Shown piece after piece: positions 1-11,171 of a stretch of 64,000 bases of DNA (its first letter is position 1; every line of letters starts with the position of its first letter). A program made the position numbers and the translations under genes. The DNA lies in NCBI RefSeq assembly GCF_000142905.1, contig NW_013657673.1:310001-374000 (forward strand). The letters are read 5' to 3'. The notes beneath the pieces are model-generated. The model did no database searches, was not told the DNA's origin, and saw only the letters and a list, made by a program, of their open reading frames with translations. The DNA comes from Thecamonas trahens ATCC 50062 (lineage: Eukaryota; Protista; Apusomonadida).

Positions 1-3000
1 AAACGCCTCGACATCATCATCGCACCCGGGCACCACCACCACCACGTCGCCGTGCCGAACTACGTACGGCGCTCGAAGGATGCAGTCAGCGAGCCCACGC
101 TCGTCGGCGTCAATGACCGAGGCTGGAGCCTCCTCGCCGGCGTCCTCGGCCCGAGCAGCGGCGACAACCGTCTGATGCGCTGCGGCGTGGTGGACCGTTG
201 GAGGGAGCGGCGTCCAGCTGTTGCTCCGGTGGTGGTACTTGACCAGCCGGGCCGACGCCGCACTGGCAGTGATACTTGGGTAGGCAGTCTCGATGGCTGC
301 CGCAAGCGCAGCTGCGGTCACAGTCTTGGACGACGAATCCTTGGCCACCACCACCGGACCGACGGCTTCAAACGGCGCCGCAACATCCGCCACCTTGTAG
401 ATGTAGATCAGCGTTGACGCCTTGGTGACCACCAACGGTGCGTCGACAACATGAACTGAGAGGCAGCTGTTGCTTAGCTTGGAGACCTGCTTGTTGTTGC
501 CGACTTGCAGGCTTGCCTGTGAGAAACGAGCACTTGGTTCGGATCCACGTCCGGCACCGCTGCAGCCTTGAGCTGGAGCAGTGTCGACCGCGACGAGAGC
601 ACCACCTCGCCCATCTCTTCAAACAGCGAGTGGCCACGGGTGTCGAACCTATTTCTCTGCAGGTAGTATGCTGGCGAAAAGAGCCCGAGCTCGCACGTCG
701 GTGGCTCTTCCGGCGTCGCGGAGGAAGCGTCGTTGTCGTCGTCACCGTCGCTCTTGGATGCATCGCCGGCAACGACAACTGGCGGCGCTCCAGACGGGAG
801 GCCGGTAAAGTTGACGAGTGAGATCGAGATCTGAGTCTCCTTCTTCGCCTCCTTGCCCTTCTCCAGAACGACCAAGTCGTTTGGCTCCAGCGAGAGCGCG
901 TCGACGAGTCCCAGATTCTGGTTCAGCTGTCCGCTGCGAGTCACCTCGCGCCTGACGTTCGTCTTATGCAACCGGTAGCCCTTCGGCGAGACGCCTGCCA
1001 GCGCCGCCATTCGCGACTTGACTGCAGAGATCTTGGCTGTTGCTGGCACAACGACGGTGTAGACAGTCTCAGAGGATGAGATGGCCTCTCGACTGCGGGC
1101 TTTGCGGACGACAAACTGCAACGCAATGTCATCGCGGTCTTCAGTCGCGGGCTCAACAAGCAGCGTTTGGCCAGACTCGATTCCGACGTCCAGCAGTGTT
1201 GCCTTAGTTTTGCGAACAACCGGGCCGGGGAACGCTCCGCTCACCACCTTGCGAATCTGGAGCTTTGCTCCCGTGAGCGACGAGAGGTCGACACCACATC
1301 CGCCTTCGGCCGCGGTCGTCCCGCGCTCGACGAGCTCGGCAGCAAGACGGTCGAGGAGACTACCAACCGTGAGGTGGTGGGAGAGCGTGATGGGCCACGT
1401 GATGCGCTCATCAGGCTCGGCCGAGGCCGCCGACGGTCCGGAGACCCCGTCCCAGATGGCCAGAGTAAGCTGCGAAGAGAGCAGCTCGTATTCTTCGATG
1501 GCCAGTGAGTCAGGCCGGTAGACCGGACCAACCAAGGCTTCGGCGGCCAGCTTCTTCACGCCACTGAGCTCGTCGTCGACAAGCCGGCCCGGGTTGGTGA
1601 GTGGACGGATGCCGACGGCGTCGTACTTGCAGAGCAAGAGGTCGTTGGCTGCAAGCGTGGTCGAACCAGCAACAAGCGCCTTGAGCGCGCTGACGGTCTG
1701 ATCCGAGCTGATAGTCACCGAAAAGGTTGACTTGGTCATCGGCTCACCAGCCACAAAGTAGGTGACGTCAAAGGTCAGATCGCGCACCCGCTTGACATCT
1801 GGCAACGAGCCCGAGTATGCCACACCGTTGACTTCGGTCCCTGTCCACGCCAAGAGCTCGACTGGGCCATCAATGCCGACATCACAGAGTGACGGTGACA
1901 ACTCACCCTCATCAGCCTCAACAACCTTGACCAGCTTGAACATGGCATCCACAACCTGGACAATGTCAAGACGCGGATGGGTAGAGTCCAGCTCGGCGCG
2001 CGAGAGACCAAGCGCCTCAGCAAGCGCATCTTTGAAACTCGCGAGCGACAAGGTGCGATCAAAGGTGAGCTTGATCTTGCCCTCGTTTGCCTTGTTGATG
2101 ACAGCATCAAGCTCGGCCAGCTGGACCCGAATCGAATCCTTGACAGTCATGGCAGTGTCCTCAACAAGCGAGCCGGCGTCATCGCCGTCGCTGCCTTCGT
2201 CCGACTCGCCATCAAACATGTCAAAGCCGGCAAAGAACGTAGCTTCGCTCTCGGCCTTTTCGAGCGCGGTGAGCTGGGCAGCCAGGTCACGACGGGCGGC
2301 GAGGCTTGCCTGGAGGCTGGCGTTGCAGATAGAGCCGTCATCGGCAATGGACAACAAATGCGGGGTGTAGACAGTAATGTCGATCTGGTTTTGAGCGTGC
2401 TCGTAGGCCTTGCGGGCAATGACGCGGGCGGCGTTGTTGGCAGCAATGAGCTCGCGCCAGTGCCCATGAGGCTGAAGCGTGAGTGCAGCGGTGTCGATGA
2501 CCTGGCTGCGCGAGCGGTAGAGAAGCATATACGCCGACTCCTTCCGCTTCTGACCACCATACTGGGTCCCAATCTCGCGCGGATGAATGGCGGAGACGTC
2601 GGCATCGTTAAAGTCGTACCACTGTCCGCAGGCCTCGAGCTCGGCAATCATTGAGGGGGACAAATTCTCTGCCTTGGTGAACGGATAGTCACCGTCGTCG
2701 AGAAAGTCGCGGATGTAGGCGTGGTAGTGACCGCCATACGCGCCGCCGATGTGGATGACAACAGCAAAGAGGTCGTAGAGATGCTCGGACTCCATGTTGA
2801 TCTTGGACGAAGAGTAGAGCTTCGGCAGCGGGTGGTCCTTAACGCGCTTGGGAGCGGGAGGGGCTGAGTCGGGCTTGGAAGCGGAAGCGTTCTCTGGCTC
2901 TTTTCCCTTAAGAGTAGAGGCCGATACCGGACGAGGAGCGCAGGAGCCCGGTGTAGGCTCAACAACATCAACAATGGGAGAACCATCGCTGTCCGGATTG

Positions 3001-4429
3001 TGGTCCGAGGTCTGCAAAGCCTGGCTGGGAGCCTGGCTAGGAGCCTGGCTAGGAGCCTGGCAAGGAGCCTGGCTAGGAGCCTGGACGGGAGCCGGGCTCA
3101 GTGTCTGTTCCTTGCTCTTGTCTTTGCCCTGATCTTGACCCTTGTCTTTGCCGTTGCCTTGACCTTGGCCCTTGCCCTTGTCCTTGCCCTTGCCCTTGCC
3201 CTTGCCCTTGCCCTTGCCCTTGCTCTTGCCGCTCTTAGCTGCAGCATCCTTAGCAGCACGAGCCTCCTCCTTGGCCCGCATCTCCGCACGACGGGCCTCC
3301 AACTTCTCGTGGCGCTTGCGCAACGAAGAGCGAGCAGCATCGTTGTCCATGTATGGCGCCATGTCGAGGACAAGAGGAAAGGCAGATCGTGAGTTGAGCT
3401 TGACCCGCTTACCACCCTTCCAGGTGAAGCGATTGAGCGAAATGGTGAGAATGGGCGGGATAGCACGAAAGGCAGTCGAGTGCATGGTCGGCGTTCGCTT
3501 TCCGCACGTCTCGCACGAGAGCGGGACATCCATCTCCTCAAAACCAGCAAAGCAGGTGAGAGAATCCTCTAGGGTGGCACAGTGCTGGACAATGACAGAG
3601 ACGTCGAGAAAAACCTCCTCGCGTTCGCGCGCGGTTCCGCACTCCATGCACTGGAGAACATCAACGGTTCGCCCCTGATAGAGCGAGGGGATGAGGTCTT
3701 CTTGCGAGGTCTTGCGCAGGTGAGACTGGATGGCGGAGAAGAGAACCCGATTGAGCTCCTGGACGTCATGCTGGATGACAACCGACGACCCACCCCAGCC
3801 AAACGACTCGGTCAGAAGCGAGGTCGAGACGGCCTGCTCGTCTGATAGCTGTAGGTGTGCAAAGAGCCGCTGCAGCTGCAGCGGGATCTTCCGCACCTTC
3901 TTCTTCTTCTTGCTCCCGTTGTCGCCATCATCGTTTTCCGCAGAAGCCGCAGCTGCCGCCATTGCCGCCGCTTGCACCTCTTCCGATGAGATGTAGTCAA
4001 GGAGCTGCTCGACTGATCCTGCGTTTGGCGCATGCAGGACACCGTACTCGACAACAGCGCGCTCAAACCCAAAGCCAATGAGTGTCTCGATGTTGGCGGC
4101 GTGCTTCGCGAGCTTGTCCTCGGCGCTTTCTTCGGCAGAGCCGGCAACGTCAGGCACCGCACCCGAAGCCTCGGCCTCAAACCCGGCCAGCACGTCGGCG
4201 TCGGCGCCTAACTCATCAAACCCGAGTGAGTAGACCGCAGAACGGAACTCTGGTGTGTGGAAAATGGCCTGGACAAGCGAGTTGAGGTAGCACGTCGTGC
4301 CCTGGTTCAGCAGACCGACAAGGCCGGCGTCGCCACGAGGCGGGGCGGCGCTGGCCCGCTCGCCTTGCTGGAAGAGCCTCCCTTGGGCTTGTCGTCCCCA
4401 AACAGGTCGAACATGTCGAACATGTCCAT
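1..4429 (-). CDS. USP40: USP40-like ubiquitin-specific protease; 3' end runs off the window; two apparent 1-nt frameshifts (~4342-4345 and ~505-533)
   Basis: Reconstructed N-terminus MDMFDMFDLFGDD...PPRGDAGLVGLLNQGTTCYLNSLVQAIFHTPEFR (Cys box). Also VRKIPLQLQRLF, QHDVQELNR, His box HIGGAYGGHYHAYIRD and WYDFND. After the distal frameshift the frame stays open to base 1 and encodes LRAPYVVRHGDVVVV...DDD, resembling the USP40 C-terminus. Confidence 0.85.
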
Positions 4430-4854
4430 GATTGTAAGTGGAAGGTTGAAGAGCGGAGTGTGGTGCCTAGTGGTCCCAGTCGTGGTGGGGGTGGGCGGTG
4501 GAAGGCAAAGGAACGAAGTCGTGAAAGGCGAGAGAATTGATCGATGAAAAGAGGCCAAGCAGGGGGGAGGGAGCGTCTAAAGGATCACTGGGTTTGGAGA
4601 AGAGAAGGAGGGGGGTGGTTGATCTTGTGTGTGGAATGGTTTGATGGAATACGGAATGATTTCCGTACTTGAGATGGTGGACAACGTGTTGACGAGAGAT
4701 TGTGTGACAATCGCGTCGCTGTTGGTGTTCGTGTGAGCGCTGATCAAGCTTCCTGTGTGTGGAACAGGGCTTTGCAAGCAACACACGACTAAGAAGCAAG
4801 TCGAGCCACAGATTACAAGCGGAGGCCAAGACAGGGACATAACAGAGCACAGCC

Positions 4855-6084
4855 ATGTCGTCTCTTATGACAACTGACGTGGAGGAGCTGCGGGCGACGC
4901 ACGCGGTGCTGGGTGAGGCGCCTCGGAAGATCCGGCACAGCATCATGGTGCCGCTCGACGCCACGGGTATGGTTCTGGTCCCCGGCACCCTGGTGCGAAC
5001 AAACGAGGTCCTTGTTTCACTGGGGGACGAGACAGTGGTCGAGGTGTCGGCGGCACATGCTCGTGGAATGATTGAGCGGCGTCTGGACGCCCTGGGTGCG
5101 GGTCTCGGCGCGGCACTGGTAGCGGAGCGGACGATGGTCGCCAATACGATTGCCAAGCCGGCGTCCGAACCGGTTGCCAAGCCCGGACAAGCTTTGAAGC
5201 CGAAAGCTGACTCTGCAGACAAGCCGGCGTCGAGCGCGGCAAGCGGAGCGGGGAGCGCTGTGCCCGAGACGATGAGCAGCGAGAAGCGGACGCGGGACAT
5301 GCTGGCGGCACTGGGGATGTCGCAGGATGCAGTCGATGCTGCGTTGACTGCGCCGCTGGATGTGACTGAGCCGATGGTTCTCGAGCGTGGCGCTGGAGTG
5401 TTCGAGATTCGCGAGCCGCTGGAGGAAGACAAGGATGCAACCGGGTTGTCGGTGCCTGCCGCGCCGTCGTCGACGGGCGAGCCGGCGCCAGCGATTGGCT
5501 CGACAAGCAGTAGCTACTCGGCGATGCGCAAGCGGATGGAGGAGCTGGAAGCTCTGGAGGCGATGGCTGAGGCCGAGGGCATCGACGTCACTGACGACGC
5601 CGCAGTGGCCAGCTACATGGGTGTTGCACCAGCCGAGGCTGACGGGCGACCGGCCAAGGTGACAGTCAAGGCCAAGGACCATGGCGATGCAGCCAATGGC
5701 AAGGGCAAGGGCAAGGGCAAGGAAGAGGTTGACGAAGCCAGCTCCGCGCCCGTGGCGCTGGCCATGTCTGATGACGCGGGACGGGACGAGAAGAAGCGGA
5801 TGCTCAGCTCTGTTGTTGAGCGCGACCCGTACGCACTCGTTGGAGCGGTCAAGGAGCGTGAGCCCGAGGTCGCACCGTCGCCCGCGGTTGCCACCGCGTT
5901 GGCAAACCACATGGAGATTGAGGCCGCCAAGGACGAAGTGCTCAAGCGTATGCATCATCAGATCCTCATCCAGCAAAAGGCCGAGATTGAGGCCGAGCGC
6001 GAGGGCGTCGAGCCGCCGATCGACACCACGGGCATGTCGCAGTTCCGCATCGACATGTTGCGGCGCGAGGGCAAGATCCCGTGA
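4855..6084 (+). CDS. URI1: URI1/Bud27-like unconventional prefoldin (RPB5 interactor)
   Basis: Prefoldin-alpha-like segment HSIMVPL...VPGTLVRTNEVLVSLGDETVVEVSAAHARGMIERR; C-terminal URI-box-like MSQFRIDML. Confidence 0.75.
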   Translation: MSSLMTTDVEELRATHAVLGEAPRKIRHSIMVPLDATGMVLVPGTLVRTNEVLVSLGDETVVEVSAAHARGMIERRLDALGAGLGAALVAERTMVANTIAKPASEPVAKPGQALKPKADSADKPASSAASGAGSAVPETMSSEKRTRDMLAALGMSQDAVDAALTAPLDVTEPMVLERGAGVFEIREPLEEDKDATGLSVPAAPSSTGEPAPAIGSTSSSYSAMRKRMEELEALEAMAEAEGIDVTDDAAVASYMGVAPAEADGRPAKVTVKAKDHGDAANGKGKGKGKEEVDEASSAPVALAMSDDAGRDEKKRMLSSVVERDPYALVGAVKEREPEVAPSPAVATALANHMEIEAAKDEVLKRMHHQILIQQKAEIEAEREGVEPPIDTTGMSQFRIDMLRREGKIP

Positions 6085-6234
6085 GAGTTTCTTGTCAAGT
6101 ATCTTCCTTCCCCCTGCATGTGTGCAGCGTGGCATAAAACGATCGGGTGGTGGCGTGGCGATGATGGTGACATGGCACATCCGTCTCTTTCCTTGGCCGT
6201 CAAGCACGTTGGTTGGCACCCGGGTGGCAAGAAC

Positions 6235-9200
6235 ATGAATTTCCTCAAGTCGCGCCTGCGCAAGCTGGGTACCTCGCCTGTGTACCAGATTGGGCGCAGG
6301 CAGGTTGAGGAAGTCGAGCACATTGCTAAGGGTAAGTAAGGGGTGTTTGTGGGGCAAACGAGGCTGGCGACGGGGCGGGCATGCAGGAGGGGTGGTGCCA
6401 CGCACCCGCTGTTGGTGTTCGCTGGTGAGAGCGGTTCTCCGAGGGCAACGAGGCAGCCCGAGGGCAAAGGGTAGAGGTTACAGGTGTACGGAGAGACTCA
6501 TGCAGTAAGCGCGCTGGTTTGGCTTATGGGGGTAGGTGGCTTTGGGGAGGTTGTGCTTGTCCGCGAGACACAGAGCGGGCGAGAGTATGCGCTGAAGAAG
6601 CTGACAGCCGGCAGCCGCGAAGAAGCTGCGAACATCCGGCGCGAGATCGAGCTGATGGCGTCGCTGCCGCGGCACAAGAATATTGTGCGGTACCTAGGCT
6701 CGACGCAGGAAGTTCATCCTAACGGCCGCGACGCCCAGTTTCTCATTTTGATGGAGTACTGCTCGTCGGGCCACCTGGTGTCCGAGATGAACCGGCGGCG
6801 CGGTGCCCCGTTTGAGGAGACGCAGGTGTTGGAGATCTTTGCGCAGATGGTGACTGCCGTAGCAGTTCTGCACTCACTGGATCCGCCGCTTATCCATCGC
6901 GATCTCAAGGTTGAAAACCTGCTTCTGGGCGACGACACCAAGTGGAAGCTTTGTGACTTTGGATCGGCGACAACCCGAGTGGTGACGCCGCGGACTGCAC
7001 GGGAGCGTAATGCCGCCGAGGATGAGTTCAACGCGGTAACGACGCTGGCGTACCGGGCGCCAGAGATGCTCGACCTCTACCGTGGGCAGCGAATCGACAC
7101 GCAGGTGGATGTGTGGGCGCTCGGCGTCTCGCTGTATAAGATTGCGTTCTTCGAGTCGCCGTTTGAGGACTCGCGGCTGGCGATTCTCAACAACTCGTAC
7201 AAGATCCCGAAGCGGTCACCGTACTCTGTGCGACTGCACAATCTTATTGAGTTCATTCTCGTGCCCAATCCGTACGAGCGGCCGGACGTGTTTGATGTCC
7301 TCGACGCGGTCTGCGCACTTTTGGGGCGATCTGCGCCACTGGAGCGGGTTCTTCCGCGTCCGCCCCCGCCCGAGGATGACTTTTCGCGAGGGTCGTCATC
7401 TCGCGGTAGCAACGGTGAGTCGAGTGGTTCGGGCAAGTCCGGCGGTCCTCCGCCTCGGTCGAGCATCTTTGAGCTTGTAGGCTCGTCAACCGGTGGCCGT
7501 GCCCCTGGCTCGCCGGCACCAGAGCGTGAGCGGCCTGCGTCGCGGTCGCGAGTCTGCCCGCCCCAGCCGCCATCGCCAAGAGGTGGAGGTGGTAAGAACC
7601 CAAGCGTGGTCGTGCCGCAGCTCTCAGGCGAAAACGGGATGCTCAACGCGGGGATGACGTTTGGGGCGCCCGGCGCGGCCTCAGCAGCCTGGCCAGGCAC
7701 TGGCGCCGTGCCGTCACCGGGAGCGGCAGGGCCGGCCGGAGCGACATCGCCGGCATGGGCTGCTGCTGCCTGGCCCGTAACCGAGACCGGAACCGAGAGT
7801 CAGGCTACGCCTCCTGTGACGACGGGCTTTGCGGCGACATTTGACAACTTCGAGGCTGCGTTTGGGGCACCGGCGGGATCAGCGTTTGAGCCGAGCCCGG
7901 CAGCTGAAGCTCCAACGGCTAGTGTGTCGGCTGCCAAGCCCAGCGGCGGATTGCTGGATGGGTGGGACTTTGGAGGAGTTGCTGGAGGAGGTGCGGCAGA
8001 AGGAGTGGCAGCACCGCCTCCGCTGCTTGTCCGGGCCGACTCGGACGTGTTTTCGGGCGCTGCGCGCGCCGGTGTGGCCGGCGTCGACTCGGCAGCCGAG
8101 CCCGCGGGAGCGCGGATGGTTCGTGCGGCGGCACAATATGGGGCTCAGGGAGCGCCCGGTCCGGAGCCGCGGATTGTGCGGAGCGCATGCGTTGAGGCTG
8201 AGCGGCGGGGCGGGGCGTTTGCGGGCGAGCTGCTGGGCGCGCTCGCAACACTGCCCGAGGTGCGTGGCGGGAGTGGTAGCGCGGCCAACGCGCTTGTTCT
8301 CCTTCATCACGTCTTGCTGAGCGGAGCGAGTGGCTTTGTGGCCGAGGCGAGCAAGAGTCGGGTTCATGCGGGGCTCTCAGAGCTCAAGCGGGCTCTGGGC
8401 TCTGGGGGCGGGGCGGGGATGGTTGGGAGCTACATTGACTTTCTCAGTGCCAAGCTGCGGGCGTGTGCCAAGCGGGCGGCGGTTCCGGCCAACTATCGGC
8501 TTGACACGTACTTGGACGACATTGCGGGGCGCGGCGGGGAGGTGCCGACCGGAGGTACGAATGTGTTCTCGTGCTCGCACGTGGGCGAGCTGGCACGACT
8601 GGGCACCATGTGCAGCGGGGTGATGAGTGCGGTCTTTGCGCTGCAGACGTCACCAGTAACCGAGACGCTGCAAGGAGCGCTTGTGCCGTTGGTCGAGGAG
8701 CTTTTTCTCCTCCTTCAGGCGATGCGGACGATTCTGGACAGGATTGCGGGAGCGGCAGGAATTTCGGCGGCGGTGGTTGCGCGGTCGGAGGCGCAGTACG
8801 ACGCGCTGGTGGGCGCGCTGGTGGGCGGAGTCGGGCAGGCTCGGTTTCTGCCATCTGTGGAGCGCCTGCTCGAGCTTCCTGCTGACGTCGGAGCGGCCGT
8901 GGCGAGCGGCTCGCGGGTCTCGAGCCTACTCTCACGCATCTTTGCTTTTGATCCGGACTCGTCGGACGACGAGTTTGACGACTCGGGCGACATGGGAGGG
9001 TTAGAGCTGGCTGTCGAAGGAGGGTACGGCATGTTTGGCGACGAATCGTTGAGCGGATCGGGCGTGGGCAAACCTGCAACGCCGACCAGCCACCTCGATG
9101 CCGTATTTGGTTCGGCGTTTGGCAGCGAGCCGCCCAGTGAGGGCTCGACCGTGGGCTCGGTGTTGGGCTTTCCGTTGCCAGTGGCCAAGACGAGCGGGCA

Positions 9201-9495
9201 CCGGCGGTCGGCATCGGGCGGGGCATGGCCGAGCTCGCCCAGTCCAACAGCGGTCAAGCGGCCGGCGTCGTACAACTCGCTGGTGGCGCTGGAACAGGCG
9301 TCAATCGCGGCGGCCGGCGCGACGCCAAGGCGAAACTCGTCGGCCGCGCCGTGGCCCACAACTCCGACGGGAACGCCTACGGCGCCGGACCTGCTGGCGT
9401 TTCCGTCAACGTCGCAGCCTCAGACGGGCGCTTGGCCGTCGTCGCCAGGCGCGTCGTCGGGCGCGTCGTCGGGCGACGTGTTCAACTGGCAGTAA
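6235..9495 (+). CDS. NAK-family (AAK1/BMP2K/Ark1-like) Ser/Thr kinase with a C-terminal ANTH-like region; exons 6235-6331 and 6536-9495
   Basis: Splicing GTAAGT(6332)...TAG(6535) restores the P-loop IAKGGFGEV. Motifs ALKK, HRDLKVENLL, KLCDFGSAT and TTLAYRAPEMLDLY (NAK signature). Confidence 0.9.
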
Positions 9496-10586
9496 GCGGC
9501 TGGAGTGGTAAACGCAACAGACTGCGGCTTGGCTTGCGGTAGGCCGAGTCGGGTCCGCACTTGGGCTCGTACAGCGCCACCGTGACTCGATCGCGACGAT
9601 GCCCGGGAGCTTGCACCGAGGCCAAGTCCCGGAGGGCGAACTACAGGAGTTACGACGTCAACGCGTCCGTTGTTTTGTCGACCGAGCCCTGAGCCGGGCT
9701 GCCAGCCAAGGCGCGCCATGATGGACGCGCCAATGCCGCGCAGGTGGTCCGGCGGCGGAGCCTCGGCGATGGGCGCAGGTAGCTGACGGCGGTGGACCTG
9801 GGCCGGTGGAGGCGAGATGAGACGGGTGAGAATGGCGCGGGCAAGTCGGCGCTTACGTGCCTGGGCCAAGTGCCAGGCGTGGAGCTGAGACGAGGCTACG
9901 TGCATTGCCAAGTGGCCGGGCGAGGCGAGCCGGCGCGAGCAGAGAGTGCACACAGCCTCGCGCGGCGCGATGGGAGCAGCCACTGAGGGCAGCGGCGGCT
10001 CGGCCACATCCAGCCATGCAGCCATGACAAGAAGTGTGTCTAGCGTGAGACACTCAAGGTTGGGAATTGTTGCTGGGGCTTGAGCGGCGTCGTCGGGTTC
10101 CGGAAGCGGAGGGGGTGTGCGGCGCCGAGGCGGCGCGACAGCCAACGACGGCGGCGCGACAAGGCGTGGGGGATCCGGGGCAGCAGCCGGCCGACGCCGA
10201 GCAGCGAGCGCAGCAAGAACGTTTGGTTGTGGAACGGGAGGACGGGTAGAGCTTGCTGGTTGCTGTGGTGGACCGCGGTAGAGGTGGACGGCGCAGAGGG
10301 GGAGCTCATCAGCAGCGACGACAGCAAGTGAGAGGTCGACACCAGCGATCTCGAGCGAGGCGCCGGAAGCCATTGCAGCCGTTAGGCAGAGGCTGGCGGC
10401 GTCCGGGTTGGCGAAGGCAAGGTAGGCATCGGCAAAGGCCTCCTCGAGGTGGGTGATGGTGTTGACTGTGGTGTGGGTGGGTGGAGTGACTACGGCGTCG
10501 GTGGGCAGCTCTGGCGTGGGCAGCCACGTGTGTATCAGGTACGGAGGCGTCTGCGTGGGCACCGGCCATACTCGAAGGAACGACAT
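9420..10586 (-). CDS. RBM5/RBM10-like C2H2 zinc finger plus G-patch protein; start and C-terminal end uncertain
   Basis: CTLCSRRLASPGHLAMHVASSQLH zinc finger followed by G-patch IGASIMARLGWQPGSGLGRQNNG...GLGLGA. The ORF extension upstream into the AT-rich island is probably non-coding. Confidence 0.7.
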   Translation of the reverse strand: MSFLRVWPVPTQTPPYLIHTWLPTPELPTDAVVTPPTHTTVNTITHLEEAFADAYLAFANPDAASLCLTAAMASGASLEIAGVDLSLAVVAADELPLCAVHLYRGPPQQPASSTRPPVPQPNVLAALAARRRPAAAPDPPRLVAPPSLAVAPPRRRTPPPLPEPDDAAQAPATIPNLECLTLDTLLVMAAWLDVAEPPLPSVAAPIAPREAVCTLCSRRLASPGHLAMHVASSQLHAWHLAQARKRRLARAILTRLISPPPAQVHRRQLPAPIAEAPPPDHLRGIGASIMARLGWQPGSGLGRQNNGRVDVVTPVVRPPGLGLGASSRASSRSSHGGAVRAQVRTRLGLPQAKPQSVAFTTPAAYCQLNTSPDDAPDDAPGDDGQAPV

Positions 10587-10717
10587 GGCGCCCGTGTGTT
10601 CCCTCAGAAGGAGAGGAGAGGAGAGTGCTGACGTGGAGAAGGGAGAGGGACGAGGATAGAAGGTGAATGGAGGCCGCCGGGCCGTCGCCAGCGGCTTCGG
10701 AGTTTGTGACTCTTCAG

Positions 10718-10890
10718 TAAACAGCTTAAAATTGTACAAAAATACCACCAGTTTGACTAAAAAATATTCATTTAACATATAATGTACTGCAAAACCAACA
10801 ATGTTTACAAAATGTACAATAAAATATTTATATATATATTGCTCAACCAAGATTATATCTTTCTATAGTCCAAATGCTTGTTTTTACGGC
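10718..10890. other. AT-rich intergenic island
   Basis: 27 G+C in the 120 nt at 10741-10860 (22.5% GC) within a GC-rich window; lies between two divergent genes. Confidence 0.9.
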
Positions 10891-11171
10891 TGTCCAAAAC
10901 CCCCGGGCTCGGGTCGGGCTCGATGGGCCTCCCACCGTTTTCTCCAGGTTTCTCTCGATCCAGAGCGAGTACAACCATGACAACCAGTGCATTCAAAGAA
11001 GCACATAGCGAGAAGTATATGACATTGACATGTGTACTTGCGTCGGGCTGTTGAGGCCAAACGAGCCGATCGACCATCGGACGAGCGAGAGGCGGCGGGC
11101 AGTGCGACAGTCGCCGTCCCATCCCCGCGACAGGTTCCGGTCGCACACGTCTCTGTCCCTGGGTGTACATC

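Noticed and set aside
10587-10850. N-terminal extension of the G-patch ORF through the AT-rich island
   Set aside because: Non-ATG start and a composition unlike any host gene; probably a chance open frame.
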